A stretch of DNA of 64,000 bases, from the NCBI GenBank assembly GCA_964016885.1, contig OZ024743.1, positions 331,204,001-331,268,000 of the forward strand. Direction: 5' to 3'. Positions 12,288-26,210 of this stretch are shown in pieces. How positions within the stretch are numbered: the first letter of the stretch is position 1; each line of letters opens with the position of its first letter. The position numbers were made by a program, and so were the translations under genes. The DNA comes from Eledone cirrhosa (lineage: Eukaryota). Under the pieces are notes generated by a model, which had not been told where the DNA came from, ran no database searches, and was given only the letters and a program-made list of their open reading frames with translations.

Positions 12288-14008
12288 CTGAAAAAGATAA
12301 AAGAAACACAACTTGATATCAGGATTATGAGAAATTGTAGAGGTTAAGGCTGTCTTTAGGGGCGTAACAGTATAAAGTCTGTAAATCATCATCATCATCA
12401 TCATTGTTGTTGCTTTAATGCCCACTTTCCCTACAGTCAATGCACCAAAACTCAATGTCATCATCTTCATCATCGTTTTAGGTCCACTTTCCATGCTGGT
12501 ATCGGTTGGATGGATTGTCACAGGCCAAGAGCAGATGGGTCAGTGACCTTATCTTGCTCATATATGGCTTCTTTGGCTGGATGCTGTCTAATGCCAACCG
12601 CCTTACAAGATGTACTAGGTGTATTTTATCATGGCACCAGCATGTGTGTGTCTGTCTGTCTGTCATCAAATCCTCTCAAATGCATTGTGCAGGCCATGTC
12701 GTATGTATAAAAGATGATAGATTCTCAAAGCAACTATTTTACACTCTGCCGCACACCAACACAAACCAAGAAAAAGATAGATCATTCCACATTCATTTCC
12801 ATTACTTTTCTCCCTCAATCGCTTCTATTCTTCCTCACCACATGACCCAACCATCTCATTCCATTTCTCTTCCTAACATTCATCACTGGCTCTATTCCTC
12901 TCACCCAATCACTTCTATTATTTCCCAACCATCTCCTTCCATATCTCTTCCCAACATTCATCACTGGCTCTATTCCTACCCACCCTGTCACTTTCATCCT
13001 TTCTCATCATATATCAATATGTCTTGGGATATTGTAAAAAAACAAAGAAAAGAAAAGAAAAAGAGAAAAATAAATTTCTCCAGTTTAAACACAACTTTCA
13101 GAATGTAATACACGAGTTGTTTCCCCTTCTTAGAATATTTCCTGACTGAACAACTATATATTGATCTCGGGTCTCGAATAATCGCCCCACCCCTACCTCA
13201 ACGTTTATTAATTTTTCAGATTTTTTCCACCACCTCCGCTCTAATTCAACCCCTCCCCGCTATTTAATTTTGCTAATCTATCTCTGCCGGAATTTTATTT
13301 CAAGTGGTAGTATTCCTGTAACAATTAGTTTCCTTAATACATTAAAAACATTATGCATGTCAAAAAAGTACATTACTAGAAATACCATACGTTATAAAAT
13401 AAATAGAATGGATTGGGGTCTCAATATGAAAACTAAACGACTAATTCTGTTTTTTTTTAATAACTCAACGGAGACAACCTAGAAAAATTACTGATTTTCC
13501 TCGTCCCTCCCACCCCCCACTTATTTCAACACTCCTATTATTTAGGACCCGAGAGTAAATGATATCTTTTGCTATAGTTTTATTATGTCAACTATATTTT
13601 ACTAACAGAAGTTATACAATGATGGGGATATTTAAAAAAGATAAAAACAAAATTAAGTAATGAAAAAACGAGAGGGCAGAGGTAAAGAATGGCAGATCTG
13701 GCTGTATAGGAAAGTAGAGGAAAGGACTATAAATACCCTAAATGTGAAGGAAAGGGAGAGAAAGAGCAAGGACTATAAGGCAATAGAAGGAAGGAAAGAG
13801 GTGGACAGACTTTACACCTAGGTCGGGGAAGTGTTTCGGCTGCACCCCCGTGGACAAAACTGTAAAGCATTTCCGCAGACACTGTCCAGTGATAAATGTT
13901 AAGTTTAGTCCTCAAAAGTCAGTTGGCCTTGTGAGGAGAAATGTTAAGTTTAGTCATACCTTAAAGGTCAGTTGAACTTATGAGGACAAAGGATAAATTT
14001 AGTCATAC

Positions 14009-14095
14009 CTCAAAGGTCAGTTGGCCTTGTGATTTATTTATCTTGGTCTGCATATCCAGACGTATATGTCCCTGAGGTTTTCTCAACACATCATG
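14009..14095 (-). CDS. PLEKHH1/2: PH1 exon HDVLRKPQGHIRLDMQTKINKSQGQLTFE
   Basis: DVxRKPQG motif; TTTGTCAG acceptor, GAG|GTATGA donor; 87 nt. Confidence 0.93.
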
Positions 14096-14289
14096 CTGAC
14101 AAAAAGATAAATTAATAAACAAATGAATAAATATATAAACAATATTTTATTTGGATAAAAATACAGAAACAAAAAGCAGTATTGGAAAGAACTATAAAAG
14201 CCATAAATGAGAAGAAAAGGAGAAGAGCAAGGACTACTAGACAAAATAAGAAAGGGGGAAGGGAAGAGGGCGACAGACTCTACACCTAG

Positions 14290-14790
14290 GTCAAAGTGGT
14301 GTTTTGGTTGCGCCCTGCAAACAAAATTGCAATGGTATTTCTGTGGAGAATGAACAGCAACACATACTGCAACAGGCATCTCACCTTACGGGGCTCCTTC
14401 CTCAGATGGGCTGCTATTGATCCTATTTGATAGAGGAGGTCAGTTGTCCGGCGTCCAAGGATGCCTGAGATCTCGACGCTGATCAATGCAAAGAGGAAGC
14501 AAGCAGTCACACAAGCTCCAGTATTTGCTTGTTTTCCTGTCCTCTGCATTGTGAGCCATGGTACCAGGGCTTGTCGCTGAGGCAACTAGGTTGGAGGCAG
14601 AGAATATGTCACAGCATGTCGCATCCCAGATGAGGGATTTACCTCCTTCAAAAGGGAAGAGTAATTCTGTTGGGGTGCTTGCCATCACCACAGTCAAGGC
14701 CTACAGGCTCCAGTTGTGACAGGAAGTTGGCTGAATCAAGGCTTCTTCTTCTTATGTCATTCGGAACAGCATGTCGGAGGAACCAAAGTA
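14290..14790 (-). mobile_element. Degenerate C-terminus of a restriction-like-endonuclease (REL; CRE/R2 group) non-LTR retrotransposon
   Basis: Across frameshifts: RHA..ND..RRSL...LEP.GL...DGKHP(N)RIT.FPF..GKSLIWDATCCD, i.e. a decayed RPD...D motif. Confidence 0.75.
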
Positions 14791-16109
14791 CATGAATAAA
14801 TGACTAAATACATAAATATGCAAACAAATGTTTGTTGCACTGTCTTGCCTTAAATTTAGTTGCACAAAATGTGCATCAGTGAGACTTTCAATTGACATTT
14901 CCACAAAATGTTATACAATGGTGTTGTTGTTAGACTTCCCTCCCACCTTCTTCATCATTATTTAAATATTTTGGATTGGCAGTATTGGTCGAGCATCGGA
15001 CAACATGGTTTATGACATAGAGTTATGGCACTTTATGTACTGAGTTTAGATGCCACTGAGGTTAGCTTTGCTGTTCATCCTCTGGGGTTGATAAACTAAA
15101 GTACCAGTAATTTAATTGACTTTCCCCTCCCCCAAATTATTGACTTTGTGCCTGAATCAGAAACCATTACTTAAATTTATTTCTCCCCATTTTTCTTTCA
15201 TTTATTATCTTAATATTATTTTAACCAAACACTTTCATTTTATACTTCTCTGTTCAACAATGTATCTATGTATGTATGGTCCCACAACACCTAGCAGTGT
15301 TGTAAGGGCACCGTAGTAGCATACAGCGTCTCTAAGGCACTTTTTTAAAAGCTGGTGGAGCCCATCCCTCTCCACGTCTGAATACAGCAGATTTCTTCGA
15401 GAGAAGGATAGAGAGAGTGAGAAGGATATATAGAGGAAGAATCGACCCCAGTACTTGACTGGTACTTTTTTTTATTGACCTTGAAAGGATGAACGGCAAA
15501 GTTGACCTCGGCAGGATTTGAACTCAGAGAACGGAGAGTCAAAATAAATACCACAAAGTATTCTATCTGATGCTCTACCGACTCTGCCAATTCACCACCT
15601 ATTGTTTAACAACAAAAACTTCCAATTCTATATTTTAAATCATTGAAAGTGATTGTTTAAATATTCTATCAGCAATACCTGATGGCATATATTTAAAAAC
15701 AATAATTTCTGATTTAGGCACTATGCCAACAGTTTGGGGTTTTGGGGGGAAAGGGGGGGGGGGGGTAAATCAACAACAGTGCGCTACTTGTACTTTATTT
15801 AAAAACAATGAAAATAATTTTGTTTAAGTTTTCAATCAACAATACATGATGGCTTATATAGTTTAAATTAATAGTTTCTGATTTAGACACAAAACCGACT
15901 ATTTTTGGAGAGAGGAAAGTCGATTAAATTGACCTCAGTGCATTACTGGTAGTTTATTTTATCGACCCCATAAGGATGAAAGGCATAGCTGACCCTGGCG
16001 GAAATTGAACTTAAAATGTAAAGGCAAAGCATGTTGTCCGACACTCTACCAATGACTACCAACCCACTGCCTTTTCTATATTTTAAGACAATGACAATAA
16101 TTTTGTTTA

Positions 16110-16259
<150 letters not shown>

Positions 16260-16675
16260 TCAAAATGAAGACCAAAGAAGGAATCAAATCAAATTTACAA
16301 ACATATATCGCTTTAGTTGAAGAATTTTTAAAACATTAATATATTAATATGTAGCTTATATTATATATAAAATGTTAAAATGGAACTTATACATAATGGT
16401 TTCTTATTTAGGTACAAAGCCAACAATTTGGGGAGAGAGGAAACTCAATTACTTTATTTTATCAACCTTGTAAGGATGAAAGACAAAGTTAACCTCGGCA
16501 GGATTTGAATTCAGAAAACAAAGAGACATAACTATATGACACAAAGCATTGATGTTCGATGCTCTATCGATTCTGCAAATCCAGCCCCCATTATTACATA
16601 TAGTGAAACGTATTTAACTGCCAATATAAATATATTTAAAAATATAAATTTATTTAGAAATTGAAGTTACACATA

Positions 16676-17053
16676 CTCATGGGTCTCGAAAAATCGCTCC
16701 CCCTCCCTCACGTATTAATTTTTCAGATTTTTTACAACCTCCCTGCTTATCAAATTTTGCTAATCTATCTCTGGCGAAATTTTATTTTAAGTGGTAGCAT
16801 TCCTGTGACAATTTTCTTTATATAATAAAAAAAAAAAACATTGTATATAACAGAAATGTACATTACTAGAAATCCCATACGTTATAAAATAAAAACGGAT
16901 GGGGTGGGGTCTCAATATGTAAACTAAATGACTAATTCTGTTTGTTTTTTTTAATCAAAAGAAATAACCTAGAAAGATTACTGATTCCCCCCCCCCCCCC
17001 CCCCCCCCCACACACACACCTTATTCCAAGCCCCCTATTATGAGACCTGAGAG
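16676..17053. mobile_element. Non-autonomous DNA transposon (~380 bp, TA TSD); other copies at 13165-13555 and partial 21581-21800
   Basis: Imperfect TIR CTCTCGGGTCTC..; shared internal sequence across three copies. Confidence 0.75.
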
Positions 17054-18146
17054 TACCAGAGTTGAAAAGACATCAAAAAATAGTATTGGGTATAATATGA
17101 TATAATCAACTAAATGGCCTGAAAACAGTAAAAGAATAAGAGAGTCTTGTGCCCCAGTATGGCAGCAGTCAAATTATTAACATAAAATGAATAACTTTTT
17201 GAAATCACGGATCCGATAATAGACAAATATCAAAATAATATAAAGGGCAATAACTCTTACAAAAGTATTTAATCATCGCCCATTGTTTGCGCAGAGTTAT
17301 TTCCCTTGATCCTTCGATTTATTTATTTATTTTGTTACTATGACGGATAAGTTGTGGGAGTATAGTTTTGTCACTGTAGGGTGTGTGTGTGTGTGTATAT
17401 ATATATACACACACCTACATATACATATGTATGTCTGTGTGTGTGTGTGTGTGTGTGTTAAATATTTCCGTAGAAAAGGCAGAGGAAAGAAGAGTGCTCT
17501 ATGTATTGTACAGAGCTATTTAATTACATAATAAACAACAATATAATTATAGTGTGTTGTTTATTATGTAACACACACACATTTATATGTATGTGTGTGT
17601 GTGTATTATCATTATTGGCAGTATCGGACGCCATGCTTTGACGCATAGAGTTACGCCTCTTTTCATTCTGAGTTCAAATCCCGCCGAGGTTAACTTTGCC
17701 TTTCATCCTTACAGGGTCGATAAAATAAAGTACCAGTAATGCACTGGGTAATTGCTGGCCTTGTGCCAAAAGTAGAAACAATTCTTATTATTGAATAAAG
17801 CGACAGGAGGCTGGACAGTTGAAATTCCTTTAACGTTTTTATTCTGCAGGTTCTATATATATTTCAATGACCAGTAAGATTCCAGTGACATCATCAAGTG
17901 TATTGCATAACAATTATAAAGGAAACATGGTGAACAAATGTCGTGTACACATAGACAAAATAAAGATGAAAATACTGTGTCGTGTATGAATCATGACAAA
18001 AAGCACCCAGCACACACTGAAAAATGTGGTTGGCATTAGGAAGGGCATCCAGTCGTATGAGCAAGACAACCCGACTAACCCATACTAGCGTGGAAAATGG
18101 ACATGAAATGATGATGATGATACATATATATATATATATATATATG

Positions 18147-19570
18147 AGGGTGTTAAAGTTTGCTTGAAGCATTGTGAAATGTGTAAAATACGTAGTTTAG
18201 AAAGCCACAACAATGCAGAGGGAAATCTCGAGGTAGGAAGTGAATTAACGGAATTAGAGACCCCAGACCCAATAGACAGACACCCACTAGAAACTTAAAT
18301 AAAAGCAGGTGCTTCTTTAAAATCCCCCACCTGAGTGAATATACCACGAACGCCATCCGCAGGGCCATACAGACGGAGGGACTTGACATACATTTGGCCC
18401 ACACAGGACCTTCGCTGCGAAGATGCCTCTCCAACAAACCCGACGAGTCAGATGGGACGTGTTCCCTCAGCAACTGCCCGATACGGGGGGCAGATTGCCT
18501 ACGCACCTATGTCGTATATAAGATTCAATGCGATAAATGTAACAAGTTTTACATAGGTAGCACCATCCGACCCCTACATGTTCGTATCAAGGAACATATC
18601 AACACCAACGCATCTTCCTTCCGTAAACACATCCTTAAATGCGGAAACCCACAGGGTAGACCCTTGGTCACAGTCCTAGCGACTGAACGCAGCATCGGAT
18701 CCTTAAGGATAAAGGAAGCACTTGTTATTAAGAACCTCAGACCCCCACTTAACAACCGGGCTGAGAGAAATGAGCCGACATGGCTAACTTAACCATAGTG
18801 ACCATTCACAGCCCTTACAGCCTGCTTTTTCACACACACGCACGTATATGCATACCCATACGCATACACACACACATCTATATTTATACACGCACACATG
18901 TTTTACAACCTACCACCTTTCACACCCTTTGATTTCCAGCTTCTACAGCCCACTATCTTTCACACACACACTCACACATATACACACACAGTTACACACA
19001 CATGTATACCCATACGCTTACACACACACATCTATATTTATACACGCACACATGTTTTACAACCTACCACCTTTCACACCCTTTGATTTCCAGCTTCTAC
19101 AGCCCACTATCTTTCACACACACACACACTCACACATATACACACTTACACATATACACACACAGTTACACACACATATATATTTACACACACATATTTT
19201 ACGGCTTTCACACGCTAGCGCACCCTCTTGTTTTAACCCAATTGGTCAGTAGCTTTTGCCACAGCCTATCACGCGCACGCGCATTCTTTCCCTCATTTAA
19301 ATTTTCTCCCCATAACGGCATTCCTGTTTTAACGACATCACAACTTTCTCCGGCTTAGCCTGTTCCCCCCCTTTTTGGAACTTTCCCCTGTTGATGGGCG
19401 TGAGCCCGAAATATTGGGATTAAATCTCCACTACGGTAACCCTTCTACCTTTGTTTTGTTTTCATCTTTGTCTCTCTCAATTTTCACTTACTCCTATTCC
19501 TCCTATCTATCATTCACTTTCTACCTCGAGATTTCCCTCTGCATTGTTGTGGCTTTCTAAACTACGTATT
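18147..19570 (+). mobile_element. Penelope-like element 3' part: RT-thumb remnant, Cys linker, GIY-YIG endonuclease (ORF 18394-18792) and pLTR-like tail, flanked by (TA)n
   Basis: VVYKIQCDKCNKFYIGSTIRPLHVRIKEH...H..C...KEAL.I....P.LN. Confidence 0.9.
19384..19419 (+). ncRNA. Degenerate minimal hammerhead in the PLE pLTR
   Basis: TCCC-CTGTTGA-T-GGGC(GTGA)GCCC-GAAA-TATT-GGGA; A6 mutated. Confidence 0.5.
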
Positions 19571-19590
19571 TTATATATATATATATATAT

Positions 19591-20522
19591 AGTTCAAGGA
19601 GACAACAGAGGTACAACAAATCTTTCACGCGTTATATTGGAAAGAGGAAAGAAAGTTCGACGTTGGACTTAAGGCCTTCTTCAGGAGTACAGAGACAGGA
19701 TCACAATGGAGAAACAGAAAAAAGGTCTGAGTAAAAAAATAAAATCGAAAATTAAGATTGAAAACAAGACAAACCATTAGGTAGTCTTAGTAACGAGTTG
19801 AACACAAAGTGGAGTGTGTGTGTATTAGTGTCAATTGGCAGTATCGGTAGGGGGGCGGACGCCATGCTTTCCAGCATATAGTTACGTCCCTTTACCGTCT
19901 GTGCTCAAATTCCGCCAAGGTTAACTTTGCCTTTCATCCTTACGGGGTCGATAAAATAAAGTACCAGTAATACACTGGAATAATTGCTGGCCTTGTGCCA
20001 ATAGTAGAAACAATTATATGTGTGAGTGTAAGTGTATGTTTAAACGTGTGAAATTTTTAAAGGTATATTGTGTAAAGTAACAGAGATAGTATGTGTATGA
20101 GTATACCCATGTGGTAGCGGTAGTGGACATGTATGTGTAAGTGAATGTAAGTTTGAATGTGTGTACTGTATATGTGTGCTGAATTAATTTTGTGTGCGTG
20201 TAAAGTATCTGGCAGACTTAGCGTATGTCCATGAAATGTGTGAATTTGTATGTGTGAGTGTATTATTAAATTTTAACGTGTGCATCTCTGTTGAAGTTTG
20301 TAATGTGTACGTGTAAAGTATCTAACTGTGATTTATATGTAAGTGTGTATGTATTAACAAGTATATGTGATAGGATAAAGGAAGTATGTTTAGTGTATGA
20401 TAGAGAGTATATGACAGAACAGATTAAAGGAAGATGGGTGGTGCAGAACAATAGGAGATTGGAGTCAGGTTGCTAACCCAGATGTCCTGAAGGTGTTCAG
20501 AAAATCTGTCAGCCAGACAACA
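19591..20522 (-). mobile_element. Degenerate Penelope-like fragment of a different family, interrupted by a SINE
   Basis: Minus-strand LADRFSEHLQDI (GIY-YIG R...EH helix) near 20480-20520; decayed hammerhead CTGAAGA-AGGCCTTAAGTCC-AAC-GTC near 19655-19688. Confidence 0.55.
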
Positions 20523-21250
20523 GATATATATATATAAACAAAGGAAGTATGTTTGGAAGGCAGTAAGCGAAGTTTAGAATTGAAATAGAAAAATATTACA
20601 GCTGTCGCTGTAATATTTTTTACTATAACAAACTTGAATAATGGGGCATATAAACCCACTGAACAGAAAAAGATGGGTATCAGCAGACATGGGAGTCAAA
20701 CCCACACTCCTTTGTGCCAGCCAAGTACGCTATTATTACACAAATGAACCCGTTCACTGGCAGTTGATTTGTGACATTATTAAACAGTCAGATGGAATAC
20801 TTTGCTCTATCTGTTCTAGATGTTTGTGTTCTCAGTTCAAATCTTGTCTCCTGTCACTGGAAAAACAGAGACACTTCTGCCAGGAGCTGTGACTAACAGA
20901 TGTATCAGCAATGGAAAAACTAATGGAAACATTGTTTCCTTTGTCCAATCTGATGATCAGCTCCTTTCTTCAATCAGGAGTTGTGACTGACAGACAGTTT
21001 CAGCAATGGAAAAACCAATGGAAACATTATTTCCTTAGTTTGATCTGATGATCAGCTCCTTACTTCTGCCAGGATTTGCTACTGAGAGATAATATCAGTA
21101 ATGGTTAAAACCAAGGGAAACACTGTTTCCTTCATTTGATCTCACAATCAGCTCCTTTCTTCTGCCTCTTCAATAATTGGTCTAGCAGAGGGATTACTTA
21201 TTGAGTCTTTGTTAAACAATGTATGGGAGATGGTAAATAAACTGACTTAC

Positions 21251-21390
21251 ATGTTTACGGCTGTCTGTTGCATATTTCAGTATTTTTTGTTCAGGTTCCG
21301 AACTTTCTGAGTCACTCTTGCTAGAGATATCATCAGGTGGCAGTGCATAGTCGCAGGAGATGTCGGAAAGTTCGGAATGGCACGAAACAC
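21251..21390 (-). CDS. PLEKHH1/2: PLEKHH-like exon (G)VSCHSELSDISCDYALPPDD...SEPEQKILKYATDSRKH
   Basis: TTTACAG acceptor, CAT|GTAAGT donor, phase 1-0; DYAxPPD...SEPExK motif. Confidence 0.88.
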
Positions 21391-21968
21391 CTGTAAATAA
21401 CATACAATGAAAACAATTGCTACAGAAAAATGTATTATTTTTAGTTTTTAAATGTAAGGTGTATAAAGTATTACCTACCTAGTATATTAAATATAAGATG
21501 TTTAAAGTATAACCTACCTACTAACTATATTAAAGGTAAAGTGTTTAAGGTAATACCTACATGTTGCCTACATGTTACCTACTCTCAGGCCTCGAATAAG
21601 GTATTTTTGGGTCTCAACTAATCGTTTCTTCTTCTTCTTATTATTATCATTATACATTATAAAACATTATACATGATAAAAAAGTACATTACTAGAAATT
21701 CAATATATTATAAAATAAATAGGTGGGTTGGGGTCTCAATATGTAAACTAAACGAATAATTCTGGTTTTAAAAATAAAAATCAATGAAGACAACCTAGAA
21801 AACAGTCATCTACACTGACTAAAGAGTAAAAGAAAAAGAAAAAAGCATCACAGACACACACACTGATGCACACAAAAACATGCACACCCACCTAGACATC
21901 AACTCACAAAAACATGCACACACACACAGTCAAACATACACACACACAGTATCAGTGGTACTAATTAC

Positions 21969-22170
21969 CTCTCTTGACAGCACCAGAGCTGCTCTGGTTA
22001 ATTGCTGTCTTTCGTATGGAAAGGGAGCTGAATGTATGTCCACTAACTGGGCTGGTCACTGATTCTATTGCCTCTGATTGGCCACTGTATAGTCCAGTGT
22101 AAGCCTCGTCATCTGACGAATCTGATGTTGTGTCATCCATGAATGGTGATTTACGGATTTGAGCTGCTTT
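21969..22170 (-). CDS. PLEKHH1/2: PLEKHH-like exon KAAQIRKSPFMDDTTSDSSDDE...GAVKR
   Basis: TTCCAG acceptor, AG|GTAATT donor, 202 nt, phase 0-1; KAxQIxxxPFxD motif. Confidence 0.85.
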
Positions 22171-22214
22171 CTGGAATTAGTAAAAGTGATATGACAATGA
22201 TAACATTGAATAAT

Positions 22215-22900
22215 GCTTTCTGATTTAGGCACAAGGCCAACAATTTGGAGGAAAATCAACCACAGTTCATTACTGGTACTTTATTTCATCAATCCTGTAA
22301 GGATGAAAGGTAATTTTAGCAGGATTTGAACAACAATAGTAATAATATAATGGTTTCTGATTTAGGCACAAGGCCAGCAATTTTTGAGGAAGGGGAAAGT
22401 AGATTAAATCGACCCCAATGCATTACTCGTACTTTTTTTATCGATCCCATAATAATATTGATAATAATTGTTTCTACTTTTGGCACCAGGCCAGCAATTA
22501 TCCCAGTGCATTACTGGTACTTTATTTTATCGACCCCGTAAGGATGAAAGGCAAAGTTAACCTTGGCGGCATTTGAACTCAGATCATAAAGGGAAGTAAC
22601 TCTATGCTTCAAAGCATGACGCCCGACCCTCTACCGATACTGCCAATCCACCGCCCTAGATATTGATATAATATTGATAATAATGGTTTCTGATTTAGGC
22701 ACAAAGCCAACAATTTTTGGAGAAAGGTAAAGTCATCTAAATCAACCCCAGTGCATTACTAGTACTTTATTTTATCGACCTCGTGAGGATGAAAGACAAA
22801 GTTAAACTCAGCAGAATTTGAACTCAGAACATAAAGGGATGTAACTATATGCCACAAAGTATGTCCAACGTTTTACCAATTACTGTCAATCCACTGTCTT
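22215..22900 (-). mobile_element. Cluster of four nested or partial copies of the same SINE
   Basis: Reverse complement of 22942-23129 at 22468-22656 and 22683-22900; partial copies at 22215-22330 and 22350-22450. Confidence 0.85.
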
Positions 22901-22941
22901 TATAACATTAGATATTACACAACAGTATATATAGGAAAAAA

Positions 22942-23129
22942 GGGCGGTGGATTGGCAGTATTGGTAGAGGGTCGGACGCCATGCTTTGATGCAAAGAGTT
23001 ACGTCCCTTTACGATCTGAGTTCAAATCCCGCCGAGGTTAACTTTGCCTTTCATCCTTACGGGGTCGATAAAATAAAGTACCAGTAATGTACTGGATAAT
23101 TGCTGGCCTTGTGCCAAAAGTAGAAACAA
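22942..23129 (+). mobile_element. tRNA-derived SINE with ~18-bp TSD (AGTATATATAGGAAAAAA)
   Basis: A box TGGCAGTATTGG, B box GAGTTCAAATCC, conserved core CTTTGCCTTTCATCCTTACGGGGTCGATAAAATAAAGTACCAG. Confidence 0.9.
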
Positions 23130-23264
23130 GTATATATAGGAAAAAAAAATTCAAAAATAAATTTAGTATAGATATAGCTACAGTTTTTAAATTATAAACC
23201 TTATTTATCAGATGTGACTAACAAATTGAATCAGTAATGGAAAATATAATAGAAATATATCCTT

Positions 23265-25450
23265 AGTTTGATCTGATGATCAACTCCTTCCTGAACCACT
23301 CAATAACTGGTCTAGACATAACATAGTATCCTTAGTTTGATCTGACGATCAACTCCTTTCCTGAACCACTCAATAACTGGTGTAGACATAACATAGTATC
23401 CTTAGTTTGATCTGACAATCAACTCCTTGCCTGAACCACTCAATAACTGGTCTAGACATAACATAGTATCCTTAGTTTGATCTGACGATCAACTCCTTTC
23501 CTGAACCACTCAATAACTGGTGTAGACATAACATAGTATCCTTAGTTTGATCTGACAATCAACTCCTTTCCTGAACCACTCAATAACTGGTGTAGACATA
23601 ACATAGTATCCTTAGTTTGATCTGACAATCAACTCCCTGCCTGAACCACTCAATAACTGATCTGTACCATCTCCACCATCTCTAATATCAAAATCCATAA
23701 CAACTATGGAATTTACACCTGCAATGTTGCGACGTCACCTTAAGAATAAGCGCAACTATGCCTCCCCTGGTCTTGATAGTGTTACATACCTGCTTCTCAA
23801 ACGTGGCGGGTACTTCCTTTTGCACCAGCTTTCTTTCTTCTTTCAATACTGTCTCAACAATGGTGCTACTCCGGAGCAGTGGAAAACTGCCAGTGTCATT
23901 CCCCTGTTCAAAAGGGGCGACCGCATGTCACCTGTCAACTATCGTCCAGTCAGTCTTACTAGCTGTATTGCCAAACTGATGGAATCCTGTGTCAGAGAGA
24001 CATTTTGGAACTTCTGGAGCTCTCATAGCCTCATCCAGCCCTCGCAGTTTGGATTTATCCCTAACTCCAGCTGCTGTGATCGGCTTAGCGAGTTCCTTGA
24101 AGACATTACCCAGATCACTGACAGCGGCTCATGAGTGGATGTTGTTTACCTTGACTTTGCTAAGGCTTTTAATTCTGTGCCACACAAAAGACTTATGGCA
24201 AAACTCTCTGCAATGGGTGTGAGGGATGATCTTTTTAACTGGTTGAAATCCTTTATTCTCAGCCGAAAAGAGGTAGTCACGGTTCTAGGACAGCATTCTT
24301 CACCATATGAGATGTCATCTGGTGTACCACAGGGATCTGTTCTTGGTCCCCTTTTGTTTGTAGCATATATTAATGACATAGATGCCAACTTAAAGAATGC
24401 CACGGTACTGAAATATGCAGATGACATCAAGCTGTACCTTGAAATCAAAAGGACTGATCCTGAAATCTACAACTCTTTCCTACAATCAGACCTGGACACA
24501 ATGCAGCAATAGATCACAGACTGGCAACTGAAGCTGGCTGTGGCAAGTGTACCACCATGCATTTTGGGAGGAAAAATCCAGTGTCCACATACTCCCTCCA
24601 CAACACTGATATCAAGAAGTCCTCTTGTGAACGTGACCTGGGCATTACTGTCAGCAGCGATTTGCGTTGGACAAAGCATGTCTCTAAGATTGTCAAGAAG
24701 GCCAAGGGTGTCTTGGCATCACTCAGAAAGACCTTTGTTAGCCGCTCTCCAGCCATCTATTTAAAGCTGTATACAGCTATGGTACGACCACATTTGGAAT
24801 TCGCACCATCAGTCTTGAACCCCTATCTTGTTCAGAACATTGACCTCCTGGAAACTGTTCAGAGACGTGCAACAAAGCGCATCCATCAGACACATACCAT
24901 ACTCTGAACGCCTTGCTTCCCTGGGCAGGGATTCATTGAAGCTCCGACATCTGGCAATGGAATTGGTAAACACCCACAAAGTTATTAACCATCTCGCCAA
25001 TTGCAACCCTGAGCACCTTTTTGATCTCCATGTGTCTAACACACATGGACATGCCTACAAAGTCCGAAAACAGCACAGTTCCTATGACTTTCGTAAACAT
25101 TTTTTCACACCCAGAGTTGCTAAAGCATGGAACAAACTGCCTGCGTCAGTTGTTAGCTGCTGAGACACTGCATCTTTAAAACGCTCATACTTCCTGAAAT
25201 TCGCCAAAACTACACCTGATGACCCCCTTCCATACACATGCACACATGTGTATATCATGACTCATGCACTGTTCATTTTCCTGACGTTTGTACATTACCC
25301 TATGTACTATACATACACTTTTTGATGAGTTGAAGTGCACCTGAGCACTGTACACAATATTTCATTATTATTATTAGACATAACATAGTATCCTTAGTTT
25401 GATATGATGATCAACTCCTTTCCTGAACCACTCAACAACTGGTCTAGACA
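23265..25450. repeat. 70-bp minisatellite (23265-23663 and 25377-25450) split by the CR1-like LINE; related diverged ~100-bp repeats at 20885-21185
   Basis: CTTAGTTTGA at 23331, 23401, 23471, 23541, 23611. Confidence 0.9.
23664..25376 (+). mobile_element. CR1/L2-group LINE RT fragment (5'-truncated, stops and frameshifts) with (ATT)n tail, inserted in the 70-bp minisatellite
   Basis: NYRPVSLTS, QFGF, DVVYLDFAKAF, GVPQGSVLGP, YADD, VRPHLE, QRRATK. Confidence 0.92.
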
Positions 25451-26094
25451 TATTATTGAGCTTTTGTAAAAAAAAAAAAAAAAAAAAAATACGTGAGTGA
25501 GAAAACATTCTAATATTGAGGACACAATCCTGTCTCCTTGAACAAGTCTTAGAAACCTTGTAAAGAGTTGTAAACAATGTTCCTTTCTCCTTGATAAAAC
25601 AGTAATATAAAAAAACAAAAAAAAAAACGTTTTACAGGTGTTGTTTTGCAATCAACCTACCTGTAACCAAACATTCATAAATTTCTAGAAAAAGCAATCG
25701 AAATGTCTGAAATTGATTGTCAGCAAGGGCTGATATATTTTAATATATCTTATGTGTATTGTTCTGTGACTGACAACAACACACTAATCTATGTTATTAG
25801 TTGGTTCTGACCCTAACCATGACCAGTTGAACTTGCACTTTTACCACAGTCTTTTCTTTAAATTTTTGCAATTAACTTTCGAGTCAGTCACATGCCAGCT
25901 ACAAAATAAGCAATATGCCAATATTAAATTATATTCTTTGATTCTTTTTACATATTTAAGTATTAGGTTACTGGCCATGCTGTGGCAATGTATGGAAGGG
26001 ATCTAGTTCATCATATCTAACCAAGTACATATTTTATTGATCTCCTTTTTGTTGAATAACTAAGTTACGAGACAAACACAGTAAATATATAAAG

Positions 26095-26210
<116 letters not shown>

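Noticed and set aside
17855-17900. Minus-strand TTGATGA...GAAATATATA hammerhead-like string (similar near 26320-26350)
   Set aside because: Stems do not pair convincingly; too degenerate to call
22942-23030. tRNA gene (A and B boxes)
   Set aside because: No cloverleaf; it is the head of a multi-copy SINE with a TSD
20940-23300. CTGATGA motifs in the 70- and 100-bp repeats as hammerhead cores
   Set aside because: No stem II/GAAA/stem I pairing
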